DNA of 35,836 nucleotides from a virus (Duplodnaviria; Heunggongvirae; Uroviricota; Caudoviricetes): IMG/VR virus record IMGVR_UViG_2645727821_000018; one strand, 5' to 3'. Shown piece by piece: positions 7,952 to 16,516 of this stretch (position 1 is its first letter; each line of letters starts with the position of its first letter). The notes under the pieces were generated by a model. It saw only the letters and a program-made list of their open reading frames with translations, ran no database searches and was not told where the DNA came from. The position numbers and the translations under genes were made by a program.

Positions 7952-8286
7952 ACAGTTTAACAACACACTACCGTCGCTCGCAACTGATTGCGCTTCCTGT
8001 ACCGGGTGGAAAAGCGAAGGTGGAGTATTGCTATGCAGTAAATGTACCAGGTGACAGGGAAATTGTAACCCACAGCTTTGCTGAGTGGGCTGTGGGTGAT
8101 TTCAACCGGCAGAAGGAGACAGTCCTTTGCGACAAGTTAACCGCTGGTTCAAAGATCACTACGGAGTGCCCGTCAGAGTCATTCGTTGGGAACCGGAAAC
8201 ACAACGGGTTATCTACCTCCGCGAAGGCTATGAGCATGAATGCTTCAGTCCGCTCGAACAGTTTCGTCGTAAATTCAGGGAAATAG
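7948..8286 (+). CDS. Hypothetical protein (YmfM-like by size and position); reading frame questionable in its 3' half
   Basis: 112-aa ORF coupled to the upstream gene by an ATGA overlap. Its 3' half is serine-rich and low-complexity, while another frame (8127-8306, TTG start with AAGGAG SD) reads more protein-like. Confidence 0.4.
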
Positions 8287-8295
8287 AGGTCGGTC

Positions 8296-9237
8296 ATGAG
8301 CACTAAATTAACCGGCTATGTATGGGATGGTTGCGCTGCGTCAGGCATGAAGTTATCCAGCGTGGCAATTATGGCCCGCCTGGCTGATTTCAGTAATGAC
8401 GAAGGTGTGTGCTGGCCATCAATTGAAACCATTGCCCGCCAGATTGGCGCGGGGATGAGTACCGTCAGAACGGCTATCGCACGGCTGGAAGCAGAAGGCT
8501 GGTTAACGCGTAAGGCGCGTCGCCAGGGTAACCGCAATGCGTCGAATGTTTATCAGCTTAACGTTGCGAAGCTTCAGGCAGCGGCATTTTCTCAACTGTC
8601 AGATTCTGACCCGTCAAAATCTGACGCATCAAAATCTGCCCCGTCAAAATTTGATGCGTCGAAATCTGGCAAAAAAGCGGGTTTTCACCCGTCAGAATCT
8701 GGCGGGGATCCGTCAGTAAAATCAAAACATGATCCGTCAGATAAAAAAACTTCTCGTCCGGACGCTTCGCAACCGGACACGCAGACGGCTGAACAGGAGT
8801 TTTTAACTCGCCATCCTGATGCTGTTGTATTCAGCCCTAAAAAGCGCCAGTGGGGAACGCAGGATGATTTGACCTGCGCACAGTGGCTCTGGAAAAAAAT
8901 CATCGCCCTGTACGAGCAGGCTGCCGAATGTGACGGCGAGGTGGTTCGTCCCAAAGAACCGAACTGGACAGCCTGGGCAAACGAAATTCGCCTGATGTGT
9001 GTGCAGGATGGTCGTACTCACAAACAAATCTGCGAGATGTACAGCCGCGTCAGCCGCGATCCGTTCTGGTGCCGTAACGTGCTCAGCCCGTCGAAGCTGC
9101 GGGAAAAATGGGATGAGCTTTCCCTGCGCTTATCGCCGTCCGTAAGTACGTACACCGAAAAACGCGAGGACCCGTACTTCAAAGCCAGTTACGACAACGT
9201 GGACTACAGCCAGATCCCGGCAGGATTCAGGGGGTGA
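8296..9237 (+). CDS. Replication initiator (lambda O-like N-terminal DNA-binding domain, iteron-containing linker)
   Basis: 313 aa; N-terminal winged-helix region followed by an S/D/K-rich linker encoded by direct DNA repeats (iterons), as in lambda O. Confidence 0.8.
   Translation: MSTKLTGYVWDGCAASGMKLSSVAIMARLADFSNDEGVCWPSIETIARQIGAGMSTVRTAIARLEAEGWLTRKARRQGNRNASNVYQLNVAKLQAAAFSQLSDSDPSKSDASKSAPSKFDASKSGKKAGFHPSESGGDPSVKSKHDPSDKKTSRPDASQPDTQTAEQEFLTRHPDAVVFSPKKRQWGTQDDLTCAQWLWKKIIALYEQAAECDGEVVRPKEPNWTAWANEIRLMCVQDGRTHKQICEMYSRVSRDPFWCRNVLSPSKLREKWDELSLRLSPSVSTYTEKREDPYFKASYDNVDYSQIPAGFRG
8598..8745. repeat. Iteron array (candidate replication origin) inside the initiator gene
   Basis: At least six direct repeats of the motif (C/G)CGTCA(A/G)AATCTG at 15-bp phasing (8611, 8626, 8641, 8656, then 8688, 8710, 8734), followed by the A-rich stretch GATAAAAAAAC. 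Confidence 0.7.
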
Positions 9238-9239
9238 TC

Positions 9240-9728
9240 ATGAGTCTGTTAAATGACGTTCAGAAATTCATTGAAGCCCATCCGGGGTGTACTTCCGGTG
9301 ACATTGCGGATGCTTTTGCAGGTTACTCACGACAGCGCGTTCTGCAGTCAGCAAGCAAGTTACGTCAGAGTGGGCGTGTGGCTCACCGTTGTGAAGGAGA
9401 TACACGCAGACATTTCCCGCGCCTGACTGAGAGAGCGCAGGAACCGGAACCACAACCAGTTCGAGAAACCAGACCTGTGCGCAATTTCTATGTCGGCACT
9501 AACGATCCACGGGTGATTTTGTGCCTGACCCGCCAGGCTGAAGAACTGGAGTCCAGGGGTTTATACCGTCGTGCTGCAACCGTGTGGATGGCGGCATTCC
9601 GTGAAAGCCACTCCCAGCCAGAACGAAACAATTTTCTGGCGCGTCGTGAGCGGTGCTTACGGAAAAGCAGCAAGCGCGCTGCATCGGGTGAAGAGTGGTA
9701 TCTGTCAGGGAATTACGTGGGGGCTTAA
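9240..9728 (+). CDS. PerC-like transcriptional activator family protein
   Basis: C-terminal LESRGLYRRAATVWMAAFRES resembles the PerC-family signature. ATG at 9240 with AGGGGG upstream (the ORF track starts at a GTG at 9234). Confidence 0.5.
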   Translation: MSLLNDVQKFIEAHPGCTSGDIADAFAGYSRQRVLQSASKLRQSGRVAHRCEGDTRRHFPRLTERAQEPEPQPVRETRPVRNFYVGTNDPRVILCLTRQAEELESRGLYRRAATVWMAAFRESHSQPERNNFLARRERCLRKSSKRAASGEEWYLSGNYVGA

Positions 9729-10381
9729 TGAGTAATAAATATTGCCAGGCGCTGGTGGAGCTGCGGAACAAACCAGCCCATGAACTGAAGGAAGTGGGCG
9801 ATCAGTGGCGCACGCCGGACAACATTTTCTGGGGAATTAACACCCTGTTTGGCCCGTTTGTTCTGGATCTGTTCACCGACGGTGGTAACGCCAAATGTGC
9901 CGCGTATTACACGGCGGAAGACAATGCGCTGGCGCATGACTGGTCAGAACGTCTTGCGGAGCTTAAAGGTGCTGCCTTTGGTAATCCCCCATACAGCCGC
10001 GCCAGTCAGCATGAGGGGCAATACATCACCGGCATGCGTTACATCATGAAGCATGCCAGTGCCATGCGTGATAAAGGCGGGCGCTATGTTTTCCTGATCA
10101 AAGCTGCCACCAGCGAAGTGTGGTGGCCGGAAGATGCAGATCATATTGCTTTTATTCGCGGGCGTATTGGTTTTGAACTGCCTGTCTGGTTTATCCCGAA
10201 AGACGAGAAGCAGGTGCCGACAGGAGCTTTCTTCGCTGGTGCTATTGCTGTTTTTGACAAGACCTGGAAGGGACCGGCAATCAGCTACATCGGGCGCGAT
10301 GAACTTGAGGCATGTGGTGAGGCGTTTCTGGCGCAGGTTCGCCAGCAGGCGGAAAAACTGCTCAGGGAGATGGCGGCATGA
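9728..10381 (+). CDS. Phage DNA N6-adenine methyltransferase (orphan Dam-like)
   Basis: Catalytic NPPY motif (FGNPPYS); about 217 aa from the ATG at 9728, which overlaps the upstream stop as TAATG. No adjacent restriction endonuclease. Confidence 0.85.
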   Translation: MSNKYCQALVELRNKPAHELKEVGDQWRTPDNIFWGINTLFGPFVLDLFTDGGNAKCAAYYTAEDNALAHDWSERLAELKGAAFGNPPYSRASQHEGQYITGMRYIMKHASAMRDKGGRYVFLIKAATSEVWWPEDADHIAFIRGRIGFELPVWFIPKDEKQVPTGAFFAGAIAVFDKTWKGPAISYIGRDELEACGEAFLAQVRQQAEKLLREMAA

Positions 10382-10704
10382 CGACGTTAACTCAATGCCA
10401 GCAGCAGGTGCTGGATATGCTGATTTCTTATCAGAAAGAACGTGGCTTCCCGCCAACCAATCAGGAGGTGGCAACCATGCTGGGATACCGTTCAGTGAAT
10501 GCAGCGGTGGAGCATCTTCGAGCACTGGAGAAAAAAGGCGTCATCACGATAAAGCGTGGCGTGGCCCGGGGTATCACTCTTCATACCGCGGTGAAGGACG
10601 ACGACAGCGAGGCGGTCGGGATTATCCGCTCACTGCTTGCCGGTAAGGAAAACGCCAGGCTGCGTGCAGCCCACTGGTTACATGAGAGGGGCCTGAAAGT
10701 ATGA
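10378..10704 (+). CDS. LexA-N-terminal-like winged-helix DNA-binding protein
   Basis: 108 aa; resembles the LexA DNA-binding domain (QQQVLDMLISYQKERGFPPTNQEVA...) without a peptidase domain; translationally coupled to flanking genes. Confidence 0.55.
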   Translation: MTTLTQCQQQVLDMLISYQKERGFPPTNQEVATMLGYRSVNAAVEHLRALEKKGVITIKRGVARGITLHTAVKDDDSEAVGIIRSLLAGKENARLRAAHWLHERGLKV

Positions 10705-11090
10705 AGCTGATTCTGCCGTTTCCGCCCAGCGTGAACACGTACTGGCGACACCCCAACAAAGGGGCGTTTGCTGGTAAGAGCCTGATAAGCGCGGCGGGGC
10801 GCAAATTCCAGAGCGCGGCGTGTGCAGCAATAGTTGAGCAGTTACGTCGTCTGCCAAAACCAACGTCGGCACCTGCTTCAGTGGAGATCGTGTTGTTTCC
10901 TCCGGATAACCGGATCCGCGATCTGGACAACTATAACAAGGCGCTGTTTGACGCCCTGACCCACGCGGGTGTGTGGGAAGACGACAGTCAGGTGAAAAGA
11001 ATGCTGGTGGAGTGGGGACCGGTTATCCCGGAAGGGAAGGTCGAGATCACTATCAGTAAGTACGAGAAAACGGCGGGTGCAGCTGCCTGA
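10701..11090 (+). CDS. rusA: RusA-family Holliday-junction resolvase
   Basis: 129 aa with the RusA signature (PPSVNTYW ... DLDN ... DAL ... W.DD). Confidence 0.9.
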   Translation: MKLILPFPPSVNTYWRHPNKGAFAGKSLISAAGRKFQSAACAAIVEQLRRLPKPTSAPASVEIVLFPPDNRIRDLDNYNKALFDALTHAGVWEDDSQVKRMLVEWGPVIPEGKVEITISKYEKTAGAAA

Positions 11091-11109
11091 TTAAGAGGAG
11101 AAACGAAGT

Positions 11110-11907
11110 ATGAATAATCTGATGGTTATTGATGGTATTGAAGTTCGTCGTGATGCTTATGGGCGTTACAGCCTGAACGATCTGCACAGGGCTGCCGGTT
11201 CTCTGGATAAGCATAAGCCTGCATTCTGGCTCCGCAATGAGCAAACTGAACGTTTAATAAGCGAGTTGCAGATTTGCAACTCGGTCAATATAGAGCCAGT
11301 TAACGTTATTCGTGGCGGAAATAACCAGGGGACGTATGTCTGCAAAGAACTGGTGTATGCCTATGCAATGTGGATAAGCCCGTCATTCCATCTGAAGGTG
11401 ATCCGTACTTTCGATATGGTAACCAGCACACCGGAAAAATTATCCGGGCAGGCTGCTGACAAGATGCAGGCTGGCGTGATCCTGCTGGACTTTATGCGCC
11501 GGGAATTAAACCTGTCTAACTCATCAGTGCTTGGAGCCTGTCAGAAGCTTCAGGAGGCTGTTGGCTTACCGAATCTGGCACCGCGCTATGCCATTGATGC
11601 TCCTGCTGACGCGCCTGATGGCTCAAGTCGCCCGACACTGTCGCTGAGTGCACTGCTGAAACAGTATGGTATCCGCCTTACGGCTAATCAGGCATATCAC
11701 CAGATGGCGAAGCTGGGGATCGTCGAACAGCGCGAACGATACAGCCGTACAGCGATTAACAACATCAAAAAATTCTGGTCGCTGACGGCGAAAGGCTGCA
11801 TGTTCGGCAAGAACATCACCAGTCCTGCAAATCCGCGCGAGACGCAGCCGCATTTCTTCGAATCCCGATTCCCTGAGCTGTTAAAGCTGCTCGATACCGT
11901 TCATTGA
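11110..11907 (+). CDS. KilA-N domain protein (antirepressor-like)
   Basis: N-terminal KilA-N-like region (GIEVRRDAYGRYSLNDLHRAAG ... WLRNEQTERLI); strong SD GAGGAG upstream. Confidence 0.75.
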   Translation: MNNLMVIDGIEVRRDAYGRYSLNDLHRAAGSLDKHKPAFWLRNEQTERLISELQICNSVNIEPVNVIRGGNNQGTYVCKELVYAYAMWISPSFHLKVIRTFDMVTSTPEKLSGQAADKMQAGVILLDFMRRELNLSNSSVLGACQKLQEAVGLPNLAPRYAIDAPADAPDGSSRPTLSLSALLKQYGIRLTANQAYHQMAKLGIVEQRERYSRTAINNIKKFWSLTAKGCMFGKNITSPANPRETQPHFFESRFPELLKLLDTVH

Positions 11908-11908
11908 G

Positions 11909-12904
11909 GTGACCGTGAGAGCACTACTGACCCCTGAAATTGCCCCGCGTATGGGGATCGTATTGTTCAGGCCCGGTTCAGAGCTGATGCCCCTGTTTAT
12001 GCAGGGGCGTGTCCTGCTGGAGCCTGAGCCGGAACGTTATTCATCTTTTGCCAGTGGTGCCGTTCCGGCGGCATCACAACCGCTGGCGGATGATCCTGCC
12101 ATTCGGGCCGTGTTCCGCAATGAGGCAGTTATTCGTCGTGCGGGGGGTGTGGAATGTCTTGAAAGCTGGTTACTTCGTGAAAAGGGCTGTCAGTGGCCTC
12201 ATTCCGGATGGCACAGCGAGAACATGACCACAATGCGACACGCGCCGGGCGCAATCCGTCTGTGCTGGCACTGCGATAACCTGCTTCGCGATCAGTTCAC
12301 GGAACGGCTGGAATCAATGGCAACGGATAACTGTGCCCGCTGGGTGTTGTCTGTTGTGCGTCGGGATCTCGGTTTTGATGACAGTCACGTTGTGACAATG
12401 CCGGAACTGTGCTGGTGGCTGGTTCGTAATGATCTGGCGGATGCCTTACCGGAAAGTGCAGCCCGTAAGGCACTGAGATTACCGAAGCCTGTTGTGCCGT
12501 CTGTCACCCGGGAAAGTGACCTTGTGCCTTCGGTTCCTGCCACCAGCATCATCCAGGATAAGGCGAAAAAGGTGCTGGCGCTGAAAGTGGATCCGGAGTC
12601 GCCGGAGTCTTTTATGTTACGCCCAAAACGTCGCCGCTGGGTTAATGAAAAGTACACGCGCTGGGTTAAGACACAGTCGTGTGCATGTTGTGGAAAGCCC
12701 GCTGATGATCCCCACCACCTGATAGGCCACGGACAGGGTGGAATGGGTACAAAAGCGCATGACCTTTTTGTGTTGCCTTTGTGCAGAAAGCATCACGACG
12801 AGCTGCATGCGGATACCGTGGCATTTGAAGAGATGTATGGCTCCCAGCTGGAGCTGATATTTCGTTTTATCGATCGTGCGCTGGCAATTGGCGTACTGGT
12901 GTAA
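11909..12904 (+). CDS. DUF968-family prophage protein with C-terminal HNH-like Cys/His motif
   Basis: 331 aa; C-terminal CCGKP...HH...H...C..HH..LH block; typical gene between rusA and Q in lambdoid prophages. GTG start assumed. Confidence 0.7.
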   Translation: MTVRALLTPEIAPRMGIVLFRPGSELMPLFMQGRVLLEPEPERYSSFASGAVPAASQPLADDPAIRAVFRNEAVIRRAGGVECLESWLLREKGCQWPHSGWHSENMTTMRHAPGAIRLCWHCDNLLRDQFTERLESMATDNCARWVLSVVRRDLGFDDSHVVTMPELCWWLVRNDLADALPESAARKALRLPKPVVPSVTRESDLVPSVPATSIIQDKAKKVLALKVDPESPESFMLRPKRRRWVNEKYTRWVKTQSCACCGKPADDPHHLIGHGQGGMGTKAHDLFVLPLCRKHHDELHADTVAFEEMYGSQLELIFRFIDRALAIGVLV

Positions 12905-12917
12905 GTGGAGAACGAGC

Positions 12918-13670
12918 ATGAACCTTGAAGCCTTACCGAAATATTACTCCCCAAAATCTCCAAAATTGAGCGATGACGCATCGGCGACAGGCTCGGGTGG
13001 TTTAACAATTACGGATGTAATGGCTGCGCAGGGGATGGTGCAGTCGAAAGCACCGCTTGGGTTTGCCTTATTCCTGGCAAAAGTTGGTGTTCAGGATCCT
13101 CAGTTTGCGATTGAAGGCCTGCTCAATTACGCGATGGCACTGGATAACCCGACATTGAACAAATTGAGTGAAGAAACCCGGTTACAGATCATCCCTTACC
13201 TTGTGAATTTTGCCTTTGCTGATTATTCCAGGTCTGCGGCAAGTAAGGCTCGCTGTGAGCATTGTACTGGTACTGGATTTCATAATGTATTGCGCGAAGT
13301 GGTGAAACATTCCAGAAGCGGGGAATCCGTTATCAAAGAAGAGTGGGTGAAGGAACTGTGTCAGCATTGTCATGGCAAGGGAGAAGTCAGCACGGCGTGC
13401 AGAGGGTGTAAGGGTAAAGGTATTGTCCTGGATGAAAAAAGAACCCGGCTTCATGGCACGCCTGTTTATAAGACTTGTGGGCGTTGCAATGGAAACCGGT
13501 TTAGCCGTTTACCGACTACACTGGCACGACGTCATGTCCAGAAGCTGGTTCCAGACCTGACTGATTATCAGTGGTACAAAGGATATGCAGACGTAATTGA
13601 TAAACTAGTAACAAAGTGCTGGCAGGAAGAAGCATATGCTGAAACACAATTGAGAAAGGTGACGAGATAA
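12918..13670 (+). CDS. Q: Late-gene antiterminator Q family protein (zinc-finger type)
   Basis: CxxC...CxxC zinc-binding motifs (CEHCTGTG ... CQHCHGKG ... CRGCKGKG). ATG at 12918 with GGAG SD. Followed by a terminator hairpin as expected for PR'/tR'. Confidence 0.85.
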   Translation: MNLEALPKYYSPKSPKLSDDASATGSGGLTITDVMAAQGMVQSKAPLGFALFLAKVGVQDPQFAIEGLLNYAMALDNPTLNKLSEETRLQIIPYLVNFAFADYSRSAASKARCEHCTGTGFHNVLREVVKHSRSGESVIKEEWVKELCQHCHGKGEVSTACRGCKGKGIVLDEKRTRLHGTPVYKTCGRCNGNRFSRLPTTLARRHVQKLVPDLTDYQWYKGYADVIDKLVTKCWQEEAYAETQLRKVTR

Positions 13671-13777
13671 GTGATTTTCGCCGAAGATAGTGACATGAAG
13701 CTTGCATTTTTTCAAAAAATATGGATAAGATTTTCTCAACGATGGGCTTTGTATGTCTGCCGTTGATAATTTTCACG

Positions 13778-13803
13778 AACCCGCTGTTGAGCGGGTTTTT
13801 ATT
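13778..13803 (+). terminator. Intrinsic terminator downstream of Q (candidate tR' for Q-dependent antitermination)
   Basis: Hairpin AACCCGCT-gttg-AGCGGGTT followed by TTTTTATTT. Confidence 0.7.
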
Positions 13804-13856
13804 TACTTGTACTGAAACACATTATATAACCTCATATCAGTTAAAAAGGAGGTTGT

Positions 13857-14192
13857 ATGATTAATGCCGTTGAGTACAGATTACCGTTAGGAAATATCTC
13901 TCCAGAGAATCTTGACGCGTTGTCAGAACTTATCGTTAAGCATTCCGATAAATTTAATAACTATGTACTTAGTTCTATTTCTGATGATGATATTCGATAT
14001 TCTTACGATTACTACAATTTTGAAATCACAGAGATAGATGAATATGGGTTTCACTTTATAGCACCATATAGCTATTATGAAGGATGCGTTGACAATAACT
14101 TCTCAGGAGAGGTTGAAGGTTATGCAGAATACGAAATTATTGATAATGAATTAGTCTTCTCTCTTGAGGAACTACCTTGGGATGTAAAATAA
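13857..14192 (+). CDS. Hypothetical acidic protein; accessory gene between Q and the lysis cassette
   Basis: 111 aa; strong SD AAGGAGG 6 nt upstream. AT-rich, D/E/Y-rich product with no signal peptide or TM. Has its own downstream hairpin. Confidence 0.55.
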   Translation: MINAVEYRLPLGNISPENLDALSELIVKHSDKFNNYVLSSISDDDIRYSYDYYNFEITEIDEYGFHFIAPYSYYEGCVDNNFSGEVEGYAEYEIIDNELVFSLEELPWDVK

Positions 14193-14203
14193 ATATCAAT
14201 AAT

Positions 14204-14232
14204 AAAGGCCGTAACGAACGGCCTTTATTATT
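14204..14232 (+). terminator. Terminator-like hairpin after the accessory gene
   Basis: Stem AAAGGCCG / CGGCCTTT with a 7-nt loop, followed by ATTATTAT (weak U-tract). Confidence 0.4.
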
Positions 14233-14244
14233 ATAAAATCATCA

Positions 14245-14649
14245 ATGCCTGATGAATTAGAATGTAATTTTCGAATTAATAATAAATCAACATATCATTT
14301 CACGCTCCGATTTTCTGTCGGAGGCGAAACTGCGGCTATTCATATGCACGAAAAAGAGAATCTTGCCGGAGCGTTCTGGCTTGTTTTGCTGATCATCGCA
14401 GGTTGGGGGGGGCTTGTCCGTTACCTGATTGATGTGAAGCAGAGTAAAGCAACGTGGAGCTGGATAAATGCCCTCGCTCAGATAGTTGTATCAGGATTCA
14501 CCGGTGTTATTGGTGGCCTAATCAGTATCGAAAGTGGATTCAGTATTTACATGATTCTCGCAACTGCGGGGATTAGTGGTGCGATGGGTTCGGTTGCACT
14601 GACGTACTTCTGGGAACGACTGACAGGGGTGAAAAATGCAAAATCTTAA
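14245..14649 (+). CDS. Putative holin (three predicted TM helices)
   Basis: Three hydrophobic segments and a charged C-terminus. The 3' end overlaps the endolysin start. The start is ambiguous (ATG at 14245 or 14344); not lambda S-like. Confidence 0.65.
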   Translation: MPDELECNFRINNKSTYHFTLRFSVGGETAAIHMHEKENLAGAFWLVLLIIAGWGGLVRYLIDVKQSKATWSWINALAQIVVSGFTGVIGGLISIESGFSIYMILATAGISGAMGSVALTYFWERLTGVKNAKS

Positions 14650-15112
14650 TCCTCAGCGTAAAGCTTTCCTCGATATGGTGGCCTGGTCAGAAGGAACGGA
14701 TAATGGGCTACAACCGACACGTAATCATGGTTATGACGTCATTGTGGGCGGAGAAATATTCACTGATTACTCCGATCACCCTCGCAGACTTGTCACGCTA
14801 AACCCAAAACTCAAATCAACGGCTGCCGGGCGCTACCAGCTTCTTTCCCGCTGGTGGGATGCATACCGTAAACAGCTTGGACTGAAAGACTTCTCTCCAA
14901 AAAGCCAGGATGCTGTTGCACTGCAGCAGATTAAAGAGCGTGGTGCTTTACCGATGATTGATCGCGGTGATATTCGTCAGGCTATCGACCGTTGCAGCAA
15001 TATCTGGGCTTCACTGCCGGGAGCTGGTTATGGTCAGTTTGAGCATAAGGCTGACAGCCTGATTGCAAAATTCAAAGAAGCCGGCGGAACGGTCAAAGAG
15101 ATTCAGGTATGA
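14636..15112 (+). CDS. R: Endolysin, lambda R-type lytic transglycosylase
   Basis: 158 aa; I recognise this as nearly identical over most of its length to the bacteriophage lambda R protein (for example [16 protein letters not shown] ... [89 protein letters not shown]). Confidence 0.95.
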   Translation: MQNLNPQRKAFLDMVAWSEGTDNGLQPTRNHGYDVIVGGEIFTDYSDHPRRLVTLNPKLKSTAAGRYQLLSRWWDAYRKQLGLKDFSPKSQDAVALQQIKERGALPMIDRGDIRQAIDRCSNIWASLPGAGYGQFEHKADSLIAKFKEAGGTVKEIQV

Positions 15113-15546
15113 GCAGAGTAACGGTGATTATATCCGCTCTGGTTATCTGCATCATCGTCTGCTTGTCATGGGCTGTTGATAATTACCGTGATGACGCCAT
15201 CGTCTACAAAGTACAGCGCGATAAAGCCACATCCATCATCGCTGATATGCAGAAGCGTCAACGTAATGTAGCTGAACTCGATGCCAGATATACAAAGGAG
15301 CTTGCTGATGCTAATGCGACTATCGAAAGTCTTCGTGCTGATGTTTCTGCTGGGCATAAGCGCCTGCAAGTCGCCGCCACCTGTACAAAGTCAACGACCG
15401 GAGCCAGCGGCATGGGCGATGGAGAAAGCCCTAGACTTACAGCAGATGCTGAACTCCATTATTACCGTCTCCGAAGTGGAATCGACAAGATAACCTCACA
15501 GGTCAATTACTTGCAGGAGTATATCAGGACGCAATGTCCCAACTAA
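15109..15546 (+). CDS. Rz: Rz-type inner-membrane spanin (i-spanin)
   Basis: N-terminal [21 protein letters not shown]... closely resembles lambda Rz; start overlaps the R stop (ATGA). Confidence 0.9.
   Translation: MSRVTVIISALVICIIVCLSWAVDNYRDDAIVYKVQRDKATSIIADMQKRQRNVAELDARYTKELADANATIESLRADVSAGHKRLQVAATCTKSTTGASGMGDGESPRLTADAELHYYRLRSGIDKITSQVNYLQEYIRTQCPN
15308..15493 (+). CDS. Rz1: Rz1-type outer-membrane lipoprotein spanin (o-spanin), embedded in Rz in the +1 frame
   Basis: Embedded ORF with SD AAGGAG 8 nt upstream of the ATG at 15308. Lipobox-like LLGISAC followed by a proline-rich stretch. Confidence 0.8.
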   Translation: MLMRLSKVFVLMFLLGISACKSPPPVQSQRPEPAAWAMEKALDLQQMLNSIITVSEVESTR

Positions 15547-15616
15547 TCACATTTTGAGGATATTTAACGTCTATGCTTTAATGATTTTATTCATTGTTTT
15601 ATAATCGCGAAGAATA

Positions 15617-15868
15617 ATGATGAACTTGGCAAAGGATATGATTATGCGTATTAAACCTCAAGATTTTAAGTTTGATGTGTTGACTGTTGCTGGTTACGCT
15701 AACCCTAAAGCTAAAACACATTTCGCACCTTCTGCTTCTGGATTTAATTTTAAATGGGAGTGGGAAGGGAAAATTTATGAGCTTCATATCGAGCAAGAAA
15801 AATTACAGTACCCTGATTTTATTCTTGAACGACTTTTTGATGCCGCAATTGAGATGGCTAAAAAATGA
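15617..15868 (+). CDS. Hypothetical small protein in an AT-rich island
   Basis: ORF of 75-83 aa (candidate ATGs at 15617, 15638, 15644; AAAGGA precedes 15644). No family recognised. Confidence 0.4.
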   Translation: MMNLAKDMIMRIKPQDFKFDVLTVAGYANPKAKTHFAPSASGFNFKWEWEGKIYELHIEQEKLQYPDFILERLFDAAIEMAKK

Positions 15869-15974
15869 CAAAAATCACCGGATGGGGTTTTTGTTTATAG
15901 ATATTCACACATAGCCCTTGCATCTAGAACAGAAAATCTTGTCATGGCGCGGGGCTATGTTAGCAAAAATTTAT

Positions 15975-16414
15975 TTAATAGGATATTTTGTTTGCAGATT
16001 TAAGCTCTTTAAGAGTAGCGTCAAGTATATGTAAAAATAGAGAAGTGTCGCCATACTCATAATGTGGCTCGGATTTGTATTCTCTAATATAAATAAATCC
16101 ACCTTTGGATAAAAATAAATCAATCAGCTCGTTGTTATTTTCATCGGTTGGGTCAATGGCAGCAAACTTCAATACAGGAGCTTCATCAATGACTAGCAGT
16201 GTTTCTTTGAAAATAAGTTCTAGTTCATATGTTGAAAGTTTGAGGGTTAACCTATTTTTTTATCTTTATTGAAAATTATTGTGTCGCCAAGAAAATCGTA
16301 TTCAGAGCTTGAGTCAATAATGTTATTCTTAAGTTTGAGAGATATTGCATCTAAAGCCTTTTTATGCTCTGCGCACTTAACAACTTTATGAACATCTAAA
16401 CTGGGGATACTCAT
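15975..16414 (-). pseudogene. Hypothetical gene interrupted by a frameshift at a homopolymer tract
   Basis: Two minus-strand ORFs (16247-16414 and 15975-16259) become one continuous reading frame of about 146 codons if one base is added or removed in the T7 run at 16254-16260. Upstream part has an AGGTGG SD before the ATG at 16414. Confidence 0.4.
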
Positions 16415-16516
16415 AATACAACCACCTATGTAAGAACTAAAGAGCATTGAGTCTATGTGATTAATATCAAGACCCAATTAAATTTTTTAAATTATTAGAG
16501 TTAGATCCCACTTTAA

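Noticed and set aside
8598-8745. Direct repeats considered as a CRISPR array
   Set aside because: Repeat units are only 12-15 bp with no spacer structure, lie inside a coding sequence and are followed by an A-rich tract. This is an iteron origin, not CRISPR.
9944-10930. Long antisense and alternative-frame ORFs (193, 170 and 102 aa) across the Dam, LexA-like and RusA region
   Set aside because: They overlap three well-supported same-direction genes with translational coupling and have Arg/Ser/Cys-rich compositions typical of off-frame translation of GC-rich DNA.
13671-14240. Shiga-toxin-type genes in the Q-holin slot
   Set aside because: The single 111-aa ORF has no signal peptide and no resemblance to Stx A or B subunits. 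It is kept as a separate finding of unknown function.
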